This document shows, one piece after another, positions 26,224 to 50,482 of a stretch of DNA of 64,000 bases. Position 1 is the stretch's first letter; each line of letters begins with the position of its first letter. The notes below the pieces were generated by a model, which had not been told where the DNA came from, made no database searches, and was given only the letters and a program-made list of their open reading frames with translations. This DNA is from Trichoplax sp. H2 (lineage: Eukaryota), in the NCBI GenBank assembly GCA_003344405.1, contig NOWV01000017.1, positions 124,001-188,000 on the forward strand. The letters run 5' to 3'. The position numbers were made by a program, and so were the translations under genes.

Positions 26224-29200
26224 TTATATTGAGGAGAAACAGAGTGATGCATTTGTTCCGCCAAATCCGAAAGAATTTGTAAGAGCTACCAAGCTCTCAT
26301 TATTAGCAGTCAATTCTTGTGCTTGTAAAGGGACATAATTTAAATCAAAATCCTTTTCAGGATGTAGATTGTGTAAATTAAGTGTTGGAGGTGCAATACT
26401 CTAAAAATTTGAATACAACGCCAAATTACTGATTGCAATTCAATACGTGTACATTAAGAATGAAATAGTGTCTACTCACATGTTTTATTGCTAAGATAGT
26501 AAAGATGGCTTCAACCGCACCAGCAGCTCCAAGCAAATGACCTATAGATCCTACAGTATACAAGATAAATATTTAGTTAAAAGTACACAGTGTACGGAAA
26601 ATGGTTACGATACCGCACATTTCTATAGATTGCAAACCTTTATTTGATGATACTTTAAGAGCTTTAGAGTTGCTACCAAATAAAGATTTAATAGCTTTAT
26701 TTTCAATAGCATCACCTAAAGTGAGATAAAAGTTCTGAAGTTTATTGCATGATCCTAAATGGCTAAGTATTCTATTGTGATAACATACCAACTGGAGTTG
26801 ATGTTGCATGCGCATTGATATATTTAACTTTATTAATATTTATGGAAGCTTCCCGCAATGCCCTTTCCATGCAAAGTAGAGCTCCTTTCCCATCAGGTCT
26901 TCCGGATGTTATATGAAAGGCATCACCAGATAAGCCGTAACCAAGAATTTCCGCGTAAATATTCGCATTTCTTTTCTTAGCATGAGAATATTCCTATAAC
27001 AGGTAAGAATACTTTCGTTGCACCATTACGTAAATCTGTTATACACACTACACTAAGACGCTTAATAAATTATATTATAAAATTACCTCTAAGACTAAAA
27101 TTCCTGCTCCTTCGCCCATAACAAAACCATCTCTATCTCTATCAAAAGGTCTTGAAGCAGCTGATGGACAATTATTGTATTTTGTCGATAAAGCACGAGC
27201 ACTGTGGCGATAATTTAATAGTAGGATTAGTGGGTGCAAGAGATAAAATAGACACTAAATAGGTTATACCGTAATTAACAATTGCGAACTACGTGTATAC
27301 AAGCTAAATTCTAATATGTAACCGGCAAAATCCAGCTATTGAAAGGGGCGAAATTGAAGCTTCTGAACCACCAGCAACAATTACGTCAGCATCTCCATAT
27401 TTAATGAACCTAAAACCATCACCAATGGCATGTGCTCCCGTTGTACAAGCAGTTGATACTGCATGATTTGGACCCTAATATAGTAATCTCTTAATCCAGT
27501 TCCTAAATTAAATCTCTAATTTTTCATAGCTACCTGAAATCCGAATTTCATGCTAACATGTCCAGCCGCCATATTAATAAGGATTCTTGGTACAAAGTAT
27601 GGACTAACTTTTCTGTACCCCTAAAGAAAATGAATCAACATATACAATTGAAGCGTTATAGACCTACGGTATTGAATCACTGCTAACTAAATTATCAACA
27701 AACCAATTTTGAATATGAAAAATCTTGGGATATTTTTGCAAACCTGAGTATTTAATAAGCTACTGGTATTAGAAATATCGTCTAAACCTGCCATACCAGT
27801 GCCGATACAGACACCCTAGGAGATTACATCATTAAAATTATGTTTTGTATGAGTTGATGATTTAATTTATGAAATAATAATGAATTCAAGGTTAACTATT
27901 TAATTTGTGAAATAATAATAAATTTAAGCCTAATAATTTTACCGTCCTTTCACGATCTTCTTCATTCTCTGGCATCCAATCAGCATCCTTTAAGGCCTGT
28001 TGGGCTGCAGCAATAGCGAATATCATGCCTTCAGTCATTGTAAGTTTATCCTATTGAAATGTCAATTATATCAAGAATATAACTTTAACCTCAAAGAGTA
28101 ACAACTATAAATCTAGACTATTATCACAGAGAGATACACTTACACCACGACCAATCCAATCGTCTGCTTTAAATTGATAACTGTCTTCTCCTCTAGGTAC
28201 TCTACCAACTGTAAATATAGTATATATATATATATATACACAGATTATAGATAAATTGCAATAATTCAATCTAACATTGGATAAAGTTATATTTGTGCGT
28301 CTATCATAAGAATTTGATTTTCGCTATAACAACGTAACATACCAACTTGAGAAGGAAACGCATCAAATCCGGGCTTATCGATTGAAAAATTTACAATTCT
28401 ACATTATCTCATTGTTATTCAATTTTGCATTAACATTAACCCATTTTATGAATAACTCTTACTAAGCTAGAATCGATTGAAGTTATTCCACACGCTCCAT
28501 CTACTAATCGTTTCCAGGCTATTTCAGTTCCTACACCAAGAGGCGTTACCAATCCTTAAGTGTATTATCGAAAGTAATTAAAAGAGTTATCATTTATGGC
28601 AGCATCAAAGTCATTGTATGTAATTAATCGATGCTTATTGCATGTCTGTACGATTATATATCACCTTCGCCTGTTTTGTGACATTAATGTTTACTCGTGA
28701 CGTTAACCCAATGTAAAGTACAGTAGTATCACGTCAACCGCCAATTAAAAAATTATAGTAAACTATTGTAAGGTAGCTCGTATATTGTTGTTAATATCGC
28801 CATTAGTGATTTCTGACTTTAAGTGAAGAAATATACCCGTATGTACTGTAGGTCTGGAAATGTGTACGCTTCATTAACACGGTCATCTACATACTGTACA
28901 GTGCTGTAGAGTAGGTGAAATACTGATATTTGATAAATGCAACACATACTACTTCATCAAGCTACTATTTGTAAATTGCAAGTTTAGAGTAAACCTGGAT
29001 ATTCTAATTTTATTGTTACGATAGACTAGAGTTAATACACACTCCAACGGCAATCAGAGAAACCCATTCACTCCATCTGTGAACTACCTAGAGATTGTGG
29101 AGGAGTTACTGTAGCCAAAGACGATTCCATTTCATAATTCTGCAACTGTCTGTCTAGGCATAGAGAAGGAATCTACTTGCTAGTCTTGGCGGTATACATA

Positions 29201-29484
29201 CATTTAACCCTTGTTTGTATGGTAAAACAGCATAGTGTAACCAAAACTGATAACAACACTGAGTGGCATGTAAATCTTCTCCCATCATAGAGGTATTGAG
29301 TTGTAGAATTTGCCTTGACATCTAGAGCAATTTACATATTAACATTTCATCGTTAGCTAACCTACCTACCTAATCCAGTTACAACAACCCTTCTGCTACT
29401 AACATTGACAGAAGTGGACAATTTCCTACCATGAAGGAGCAAACGAGCTGTATGTAATGATCCTTTCCTCAATCGCTCCATCAT
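26224..29484 (-). CDS. OXSM: Mitochondrial 3-oxoacyl-[ACP] synthase (FabF/KAS II family)
   Basis: Exon 1 (29370-29484) [39 protein letters not shown] is a basic targeting-like leader followed by the KAS N-terminal motif. Later exons give [24 protein letters not shown] (catalytic Cys), [28 protein letters not shown] and [14 protein letters not shown] (catalytic His residues). The protein ends [20 protein letters not shown] with the stop at 26224-26226. Confidence 0.96.
27859..27935. repeat. Short tandem duplication, 2 copies of ~39 bp, in an OXSM intron
   Basis: ATTTAATTTATGAAATAATAATGAATTCAAG and ATTTAATTTGTGAAATAATAATAAATTTAAG. Confidence 0.65.
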
Positions 29485-29781
29485 TTTAACATTTTATGAA
29501 GAATTATATTAATAATAATAATAATGATGTCATGAATCAATTCCTTGGGTAGCCTCCACTCCAGCCGAAGTCAAAATGACGATGGCAACAGTAACTATCG
29601 CGTACTATCACTATAGTAGAAATATACATAGGACAGTAGTATGTTCGAAACATGCAATATTGAGCATACTGTACTCTATGTATTCCTCCCCTGTTGGGTA
29701 AGGACTGCATTTTCTAGCTTGCAAAGATTTCCTTAGGCTTTACCCCCTGCTATACGCTGTCCAATGCAGTCTACAGTATAA

Positions 29782-30582
29782 ACAGACAGTATACAGAATG
29801 ATGCAAAATCTCGGTAAAGTTGGACAACGCTTAAAATGGTGTTGATTATACTGTCCATTTAAATCAAGGAGTCAAAAAATTACCTTGATTCCTATTGCTC
29901 TTCTTATTTCCACTAGTATCTTCAAGATTAAATTCTTCTTTAGCAGACTGTGCAGACAGTATGTAAAACGCTACAAAAGTTAGACGACGCCCAAAATAAT
30001 GCTGATGATATAATGTACACTAGATTTATTACAAGGAGGCAAAGACTACCTTGATTCTTATTTACTCTTTTTATTTCCGCTAGTATCTTAAAGATTAAAT
30101 TCTTCTTTAGATAGCAGACTGTGCAGACAGTATGTAAAACGCTACAAAAGTTGGACGACGCCCAAAATAATGCTGATGATATACTGTACTGTACAGTAGA
30201 TTTATTCCAAGGAGTCAAAGGCTACTTTGATTCTTATTTACTCTTCTTATTTCCGCTAGCATCTTCAAGATTAAATTCTTCTTTAGATGGCAGACTGAGC
30301 AGACAGTATGTAAAACGCTGCAAAAGTTGGACGACGCCAAAAATAATGCTGATGATATACTGTACTGTACAGTAGATTTATTACAAGGAGTCAAAGACTA
30401 CTTGATTCTTGTTACTCTTCTTATTTCCGCTAATATCTTCAAGATTAAATTCTTCTTTATATAGCAGACTGTAGCAGACAGTATGTAAAACGCTGCGAAA
30501 TCTCTGGAAAGTTGGATTACGCCTAAAATAATACTGATGATATACTGTACCGCTAGTTTCTTAAAGATTAAATCCTTCTTTA
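29782..30582. repeat. Satellite-like tandem array, about 4.5 copies of a 170-176-bp unit, upstream of OXSM
   Basis: GCAGACAGTATGTAAAACGCT begins at 29952, 30123, 30299 and 30474, with a degenerate first copy near 29782. Shared blocks include AAAATAATGCTGATGATATA and TCTTCAAGATTAAATTCTTCTTT. Confidence 0.95.
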
Positions 30583-31670
30583 TTTTTTATTATTTGAAGA
30601 AGGACCGTCGCTGCTTTACATGTAGCTTTATTTAGATTACTCTTGGTTAAGCCGACAGCTACGAAATAGTACACGTAGGTTTTATGGTACATACTGTCAT
30701 AAATTCCCTTTACGAGAAATGCTAACTTAATTGTATATTACAATTGTAAGCAGGTTCTCCTTCTACATCTCAGAGATTGAACCATGAACTTGTTCGAGAA
30801 ATATGCTCCTTGATATTATACTGATTAATAATTAGCGAGACAATAGTAATCGGCAAAGATGATTCTTCGTAAATAGTCGAATTTTTAATAGTGTTCATTA
30901 CAAGAGAAGCCCTGTTTCAATAGCATAATATCAAACAAATCAAGGCTCTATAACAAACAGCTACAAGTATTATGCTAATATCAATGACAGGAATAACCCT
31001 ATCAACACAAAACTACCGGCATCATTTAGTTATTCTTAATATACCCGTAGTCAATATTCTAATAGATCATTGGTAGTGATTTACACAATATCTGTATACG
31101 AGAGTTGTAATATGAATTCCAGTTGTCATAACGAGGCCATTTGTTAAAGGCATGTGAGCTTTTCTACGAGTATTCTACTAGCCCATCTGCAAACGACTTA
31201 TTACAGTATATGATTTATCTATGCAGTTATAAATATATTCTAGCTATTGCGAAAATATTACTTCTTGCGTAGATAGCCTTACAATATTCTATTTGGTAAC
31301 AATTTATAAATAGTAAATCTACGCAATTGCCTATATGTTCTAATGATCATAATGAGTGCTGTTTTCTGATATAGATAATTTTATAATATTCAAATTTTAT
31401 AGTGGTTTATAAATACTCAAGGTATCGAATAAATACAATCATGGTTAAGTTGCAAAATTGTAGGCAATTACACGCTAATTTTACAAAAACTCGCTTATTC
31501 TATCAGATCGAATATGTCTATTTAATAATTGAATTAATAGAGGAGACATTCAATTTGTACAATATCGCAAGAAGAGCCTATGCCTATCTTCCGTCAATAT
31601 TAGTAACAATACAGTAGTAAATATATCTTTTTGCGAGAGAAAAATATTCTGTTGTCATTCTTAATACCGT

Positions 31671-42216
<10,546 letters not shown>

Positions 42217-45200
42217 CTGTACGTAATGTTAAACAGGATAGCTAATTTTAAAGGCTCAAAGTAAAATGAATAAAGATGATATTACACCACACAGTAAAAA
42301 ACAAACTTCTTGATTTTACTAAATTAATTGTCCAGATTTAAAGAATGAGAATAACGAACCCACAATAGAAGCTTAGAAGTATAGAATGGAAAGGAAGAAC
42401 CAACACAAAAACTGTTTTTTATTCAATACTTTATTATCTATTTGATCCAAGATAATCATCCAAATTGTAATGAAAAAATAGAAAGATAACCAAGAAAACC
42501 CGGAAGAGAAAAATTATCTTCTCAAGGTTGTAATGATATGATATATAGTTTAACGCTTAGATCACATTACCGTGTAATAATTAACTCATAGGTAGTTTAA
42601 GAATTATCGTACTAAACAAGACGAAATTCTACGTAATGATTCTATATATGTATAATTATTCATATTCTGTTTTCCGGTTGATTAATAAATACTGTCAATA
42701 AGAAATTCTTATTATCTATTATGATCTTGTGTAAATAACGGTTTCTTTAATGGATCGAGAACTCCTATTCAACTCAATGAATTATCGAAATAGCTAAGAT
42801 AATAAGCTAATTCTTAACGAAGGAACAAGTATTAAAGGCTAATTAATGATGTATGAGATGATAACAAAAAAGGTAACATCCTATACGATGGATGTCGTAA
42901 AGAATTCGGTAGTTAAATAAAAAACACAACCAGGTAATGGCACAATATCACACAGTCTATCACGGCTACATCATCAGTGTATAACATGCTAGTTACAATT
43001 AGCAAACAATATAGTACCAAAGGAAAAAGTAGGAAACATAACTTCTGATTACATATTAATTTATGTATAACGAGAGTGTACAGCATCGGCAGCTATGATG
43101 GTAAATAATGTACCATCTAGGTGTGGATTGTTTGTTAATTAATCATGGGAACTAATATTTTACGGTAATCAAAGCATATTTCCATAAAACATAATTTAAT
43201 CTTGTAGTTCATCACTTTGGAGCTAGCATTACGTAGTTCATGATTAGGCTAAAAACATGGATATCATGGTCTCAACAAGTCATATTTAATCTAATTGATC
43301 AATGCGCATTAGATACATAAATTATAACTAGTATGCAGACAAACTTAATCGAATATGGATGTAAATATAGTCAGCGTACGTCTTAAAATATTAGACTAAG
43401 GCAAACTTTAGTGATCATAACTGCTATGCTTATTGGTTAAAATGATGGGATCATGAGAACATTAATGAGGCACAAATCGATGTAGATGCACAGTATGTAC
43501 TATGCACAATGTTAAAGATAATCTCTGAGTGATGGATGTTGGCAATATATCTTCTAGTTTAGAATATTTCATATTAGTGAGTTTTTAGATTAAATAATGC
43601 CGAAGAATGTTGTCGGTAACAATTAAGAACTTTAGATATCCCAAGAATTGCGTTCAGATTACGCCAATAATGATCTTTTCGATAGTGTTGTGGCTAAAAG
43701 ATCTCAATCTCTGTTGCTGGTTATTCTCTATTGCTTCTAGATAATCGGATAGTGAATACATCTAGTACTTTACAACATTAAAACGTAAGGTTCAAAAATT
43801 TTATAAATCGATTATTATGAACTTTGATCATGTTCAATCGTTAAAATTTCTGACTGGATGCATTATGCAGTAGAAGCTGAAATTAGCAGTAGATAGATCG
43901 GTTAGCAAATTTTTATACTGATTAATGTTATTTAGTTAAAAGTATGCTGATTAATTTTACCGCATTGAACGATACATTATTTATGACATCACATATTTAC
44001 TGTATAATTTTTTAACATTAGATTAAGAATAGCGATTCCTCTGAGTGTACGATATTAGTTTCCATGTTATTAATAGCTTTAATACTTCCGTATTCACTCT
44101 AGTACGGTAGTGCTTGTCATTTCCATGAAGGTAGTTATTAATACTACGCTCAATATTGAATGACTTAGTAACCCCAACTTCGATGGCTCCTGTTCTAATG
44201 TTAAATTCACTTTTTATTACAGGGTTATAGGAGAAACTTAGAATTTCAAGGTACTGTATAATTAAACTTTTGAGAAAAATTTTAGTCACTAATTTATTAA
44301 ATCAAACCATTCCGCTTTTACTTGATTTACTTTGTGCATTAGCTCAACATTTTTTCCTCTTCCGCAAGTAGTTTACTTTTGTAGTGTCCGCTAGTAACGG
44401 TGGATATACTTGATATGGATGTAAAGAGCTCGGTAAAATCGCTTTAAAGATCAAAGAAATGTTGGACAAGGAAAATGTCAAGAAGAAAGTTTGCTACATG
44501 TGTTAGCCGTTTGTTACTGTTTAAATAGACCGGTGTATTAAGTAAATTATGCTATAATAGTAAAATAGTTGAAAAGAATGACGTAGCAGATATGCAGTAG
44601 TTATCAGATGCAGCTAAAAGTTTATTCGATATTGAGTTGATTACAGTAAATTAGTCGTTATAAGGGTTGAATTGGTCAACTCTGGCAATAGTTTAATGTT
44701 ATAGTCTATGGAATGTCAATAAGGTTAATGCAAGTGCTATAACCATATAATGGCGTAAGAAATGAGGAAAGGAGTAAAAATGGTTGATAAAAAGAGCAAA
44801 GGTGATTTTAACATCAAAAATATAAATTTGCCCTTTAGCTAAATAAAGAATAATTAGTAACTAAAGATGGCAGGATTTGATTTATTAAAAGTTAAGTATA
44901 TTATAGTAGCAATAATTTATTAACTAAAGCAGATGGAGTGAGCAAATTCTGTAGTCCATGCAAAGTAGGACTTGTTTATTATAGAAAAATTGGTCAATAA
45001 ATCATAACTACCATCTCGTAATTTTTTGCCCACGTTATTACAGAATGATTGCGAGAAAAGTTAAAGTTATGCTGATACTTGTAGAGTTTTCTTATAAAAC
45101 ATTTATAAAAGTATTATACATGGTCCTTTAAAAAGGAAAAATGACTATTAGCAAGCCCACTTGCTATTTGGTGTATTAGCGATTAATTAGTGTTTGACAA

Positions 45201-47257
45201 TGTGTATATAAGCGTATGTAAAATCTTTATAGATTTATATCGCTGTGGGAGCAACTAGATCAAGACGAATACTTTCAAATCCTTGATAAGTTTCCTTGGG
45301 TAGCGCGATTTGTATATGAACATATTATGCAATAGGGTTATAAAGATGATATTTTTTTATTATTCTTTGTTAATTTTATGAAATTTATATCGCAACTAAT
45401 CTAGCCTTGTATACATAATTACGCACTGCTTACATCACGAACAACTATTATTTACAATTTTGGCTAAGTAAGCAATACCTTAATAAATCTTTGCAGTAAA
45501 ATTAATTTCATTTTAGAAGTCACGTAATTGGTTACGCCTGTATTTTTGTACCCTTTATTTATAATCCTTAACGCTAGAGTATAATTATCCACATTTAATG
45601 TGGCTTTTTTCTTCACAGATGATTATGGCACTTTTCATTGTCTGTTAATAAAAAGAAGAAATTAGTGAGTAGTTTAACTGTATAAATCTTTACAAGTAAC
45701 TGATAAAATTTTTTTTTTTCACTGAATTATATAGTAGGTTAACGATCCCATTTATTAAATACGTACTGCTTAAAATAGCTATGCCTATTATATAGAGTTG
45801 CTATTCGCTTCCTAACTGTGAATATTGGATGAATTATTGATTTCATTAGGAAAGACCCCTAATTTAACTGTATGAATATAAATATATCAGTACTAAAGAG
45901 ATAATTTTAACAATCATATTTTTAAAATTGAGTATATTTAAATAACGATTTTTTAAAATTATATTTCTAATATTTCATTTTATCAAAGAACTGATACATT
46001 AATTCTTAGTTAAGCAGTGATAGTAAAGTATACATTTTATTTCATTGTCACATCATAAATCAGCTATAAAATTGAGTAAATACTCGTAGGACAATAACAA
46101 CTATTATTTGGAAGCGTTTAACAGATCAATATCGACTACCCTTACATGTTATAAGAAAAATAGCAAGACAACAAGTAATTGCAATAAAAAAGGCTTGTTG
46201 TATCTCGCTGGAACAAATTTGTTTTCTTATTGTTGATTTTTTCAAAATGCTTCGTTTCACCTGGTAAATATATGCAGAATGAAAATAAAAGAAATAATCA
46301 CAATTTTCATAATTGAGTCATCGAACAACATTCCAATTAGTTAACAATAGATTACTGTTGGAAGTATACTATTAAGATTTTGCACCTGGTGTATTGAATT
46401 TACTAGATGAAGACATAATATTGAGATTAATTTTAGAAACTAATCATCATCAACCAAAAATACTGAAATTATAACATTCAATAAATGAAATTTCAGATCG
46501 ATAGTACAGCGGGTAAGTTTACAATGTTATTACATTATCAGAAGAGCTATAAACTTACTATACTGTATGCTTAAACACTGGATACCCAATCTAATATAGT
46601 AAGCATATATACTCCTAATCAAGTAGTTATACCAATTATTATAGCATCACAATAATAATATACCAAGTAGGTTTATAGTATTCTTACTGTGATCAGAGTA
46701 AAGTTGTAAATTATGAGATTGTAAATACAATATATAGTATAAATACATAATTAAAATGATGTTATAGATATCACCAGCAAATGATACGAATTTTTGAATA
46801 CAACAAATATTTAAGCAAACATGAGTATATACTGTAAGTTCAAGGTATTTGATGTAGCAAGGATTTCAAATACTACAGTATATTACTATAGCATGTATGT
46901 TGTATATTGCTCGTGATCAAGCGGTCTAGAACATTATGTAGTTTCCTTCTTGAGTAAGCTTCAATTTTTATCCAATCATTCAGTAAACTAGGAAAAGTAT
47001 TAAATAGGGTTTTGGATAAAACTAACTTCTTAATGTAATGATCGAATATTAGTACTGAATATTTCGTAATAAAATTTTGTTATGATAAATGTATAATACT
47101 CGTACTTTCACTGTAGCTTCTAGAAGCCCTTAAAATGAACTAATTTAACGTATCTGTCGGTAGTGTATCGGTAATCTTGAAACGGTATTGATTACTAGCT
47201 AAATTTAGTGTCAAAAATTAAAGCTTGAAGGTGTTTTGATAAAGAAAATACCCTAAT

Positions 47258-47530
47258 AATTTTTTCTAACTCTACGGCAAATCTTGTTTATTGAACTTAT
47301 CTCTAGATGGTTTAATAGCATGGATGTTATTATAGCTGTAAACCTGATACTGTATGATGATGTATCAATATTTTTTTCTTCCTAACTTCAGTTTAATTTT
47401 TCTCTTACGGTAAATCTTGTATATTCAACTGTTCTCTGGATGGATTTTAATAGCAATGGATGTTATTAATGCTTTAAATTTGATATGATGATATAGCTAT
47501 ATTTTTTATCCTAATTTCAGTTTAATTTTT
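47258..47530. repeat. Degenerate tandem duplication, 2 copies of ~135 bp, intergenic
   Basis: TACGG.AAATCTTGT.TATT.AACT...GATGG...TAATAGCA.TGGATGTTATTA...TCCTAA.TTCAGTTTAATTTTT occurs twice. Confidence 0.85.
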
Positions 47531-49260
47531 CATAATGATAAAAATTATCAGTTGAATAGGGAGTCAAACTACTTAAAAATATAACATGCAATAATTATAA
47601 GTAATGTAATTATACCTTATAGTAGTATTCGTTATCGTCATCGGTCTCATCATCACACGATAGTCCTGGCTGGACTTGAATAAATGTAGTTTTCGATCTA
47701 CCACTAAAAGCCATTTTGTTCATTTAAGTAAATAAAACTTTAAACTGATTTCATCATATCAAGGATAAAAAATGTCAATTAATCATCCAATCAATTAGCA
47801 ATAGTATCGGTGCTGACTGTGCTATAGAATATATTATATTATGTAAAGCTATACGTCTAGCTATTTCATAACGTCAATTTTCATAGAAACAAAGCAGTAC
47901 TGCATTATGGATCCTCTACAAGATAGATATAGGATCATGCCCAGTAAAATCACCATTAAGCCAATTAAATGCCGAGAACAATTACTGAATTATTAACATT
48001 GCTATTATAAAATCATACCTTGCTATAGGGGTAATATGCGGTTCTTCTATGTCCTCTTACAGTAAAGATTGAATAATGAATAACATTATTAATAACAGTG
48101 AAGTATTTAATTTACGATATTATTTGCCTCTATAAATTGAAAATACGATACAGTAAGCACCGTTGTGCACATATCTCAATTTGTATCAGAGAGTGTTATG
48201 CTATTAATGAAGTAAGAGTTCAAAATTGAGTTATTGAAGTTATTATGGAAGTCATTGAGCTATTTCCAACTTCAACATAATTCTTTATGTATTCTTAGTA
48301 TATCGATCACGTTAGCGTACACGTAATTTTAGTTGTAATAATCATAACAAGCATAGTATTTTAGTATACGGTACTGCATACCGACTTATCGATAGAAATG
48401 TTTATGCGAGGATCATGACTAAAGTTATTCTTTATTAACATGTTTGAGATATTTATTCCGATCTCAATTTACTGTTATTGTAAGGCATCAATGATTGTCA
48501 AAGATTCTTTATATCAGTTCATACTGCAACAAAGCCGACGGTATTTGTATGCAGAGTTGTACAGCTTTACTGTGTCGAATGCATCAATCTTAGTATTTCC
48601 AACAGCGAATAGTTGTAACTGTAAAGCCACGTTGGATGATAATAAAAATTACTTGGGGTTATCCAGATTACTATAGACAGTACAAGCGTAAATACGACAA
48701 CATCAATGTTAGATCATTATAAATTTAATTTAATTGATCTACAAAATGTGGACCAATTCATTTTTATTTTAGTTTGCCTATCAAAATTCAAGTTTAGATC
48801 GGATGTTTTTATAATTATTGTGTGTATTAAACGACACAGCTTGCATTCTATAATCTCTACTGGTAAAGCTGCATAGCACAAAGCATCTTGACAAAATAGG
48901 TTCATCTTTTCCATAGATAGACTGTTTACACATCAGGAAGCAGTTGATGTCCTTTCACAAATTGAAGTCACGAAAGTATCTTTATGCTTATCTTGCAGTG
49001 TAAGGAATAGTACTCATTTTTATACCGCATTTGCAATATTATTATTACAGTATATTCACTAGAAGCAAATGAAAATGGTATTACATCCTGATTCAAGTAG
49101 TGATTCTCTACTCTATCAAGGTGTTTAAACGTCATGCACCTGGTGACAAAGAGTAACATTTACCAAACGTAGTTATATCACGGTAAGAATAGGCAGCAAA
49201 ATACTTTCGTCTTGATCATGATGAAATAGTCTGCTTACGATAGCGATTCCTTGTGAACTG

Positions 49261-49282
49261 TATATATATATATATATATATA
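49261..49282. repeat. (TA)11 microsatellite
   Basis: Read directly. A shorter (TA)n also lies at about 28221-28238. Confidence 0.95.
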
Positions 49283-49801
49283 CTGTACAATAATATAAAT
49301 AAGTATAGAACAATATTTATGGACTTTGCTTACAATACAGTAGTACTGATAAGTACTGCCTAGAACGATATATATGGTTTGGTCATTTCATTTCATTTTA
49401 AATCGATGAAATTTGAAGTGTGTACCAGAGCTGTAGATCCAGTCAATCCAATCATCAAAGATAGATCAATTCGGTTATGAGTATCGTTCAAAGTAGGCAT
49501 TTCTTTTTACGACATTGACGTTGATATTGATAGTAGTGGCCATAAACAGTTATTCATATCATTTCTTAAGAATACAATATTGTGTGCTACATGCTAGGAC
49601 AAGTCTTTCCAATGACTTGTGAATCTCTATTACACCATAGAATAAGCGCAGCGTAGAAAAGTGATTACCATTTCAATAGCATTGATATCCTAAACACGTC
49701 TAAATCATTCACTTTTACTACCCATGATTTCAATTCAGCTTGGAATCTGGATAAAAATTATTTATTACACTACCATAGCATTGGATAACTTGAATTTTGC
49801 C

Positions 49802-50035
49802 TTATCCTTGCCTTTGCTTATGCCTGGGTTTTTTCTTGCAGATGACGTACAATCGACCTTTCCTTCGAACAAATTTACAACCAGAGCACATAAGCTTTAA
49901 CGATGATTTCACTTTGAAGGTTCTGGCATTGAGTTTATTCGTTACCCAATTCTGTTGTCGGAAAGGTGATGCAGAGAACCTTTCTAAATAATTGCAACTT
50001 AGTCGTAAGGCAGTTTGCACGATGCTACTCAACAT
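49802..50035 (-). CDS. MRPL36: Mitochondrial ribosomal protein bL36m, single coding exon
   Basis: 77-aa ORF: a basic/Ser-rich leader followed by [38 protein letters not shown], the L36 signature with the C-C-C-H zinc ligands and the HKQRQG end. Confidence 0.96.
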   Translation of the reverse strand: MLSSIVQTALRLSCNYLERFSASPFRQQNWVTNKLNARTFKVKSSLKLMCSGCKFVRRKGRLYVICKKKPRHKQRQG

Positions 50036-50189
50036 GTCGTCTTCTTTGTCCTTGTCGGTTGCTTGCCCTTAACTCAGTCCGCTAGTTCTCGTACGGACTA
50101 GCATGGGCTATCAAACCACTAAACTGACTAGACCAGTCTAACACCGCTGGTACAATCGTCTGTCCAGCTGTAGCAGGCCCTTGGTATTT

Positions 50190-50482
50190 CATACTACAGT
50201 ACTGTACAATATACTGTATGACAGTACTGTACATTGTATTCTGTAACCAACTCCGATCACATGACCAAAGTACAGTACAGTACTGCACACTACACGCATC
50301 CGATTTTACTGTACCGTACAGTACAGTACTGTACAGTACTATACTGTAGAACTCTTACTGTACAGTACAGTACAGTATTTAGTGATGAGCGCAAGGCCTA
50401 TTTTGACACCAGTAGAAACGACTGTCGAGGGTACTCTGGCGCATGCGTGAATGTGGTTTTACTCGGGAGGAACGATGCAAAT
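50190..50482. promoter_or_regulatory. Putative (bidirectional) promoter of MRPL36: CAGTA/TACTG cluster, E-box TCACATGA, NRF1-like GCGCATGCG (50439-50447), octamer ATGCAAAT (50475-50482)
   Basis: The motifs were read directly 150-450 bp upstream of the MRPL36 ATG. A GC-box GGGGCGTGGC also lies at 50713-50722. Factor assignments rest on resemblance to vertebrate consensus sites only. Confidence 0.5.

Noticed and set aside
29113..29190. Stem GCCAAAGAC-GATTCC...GGAATC...GTCTTGGC in OXSM intron 1, H/ACA-like
   Set aside because: No proper H box or second hairpin was found, and the pairing is short enough to be chance.
29940..30375. Overlapping ORFs on both strands (92 aa and 84 aa)
   Set aside because: Both lie entirely within the 170-176-bp tandem array, and frames are not preserved between units.
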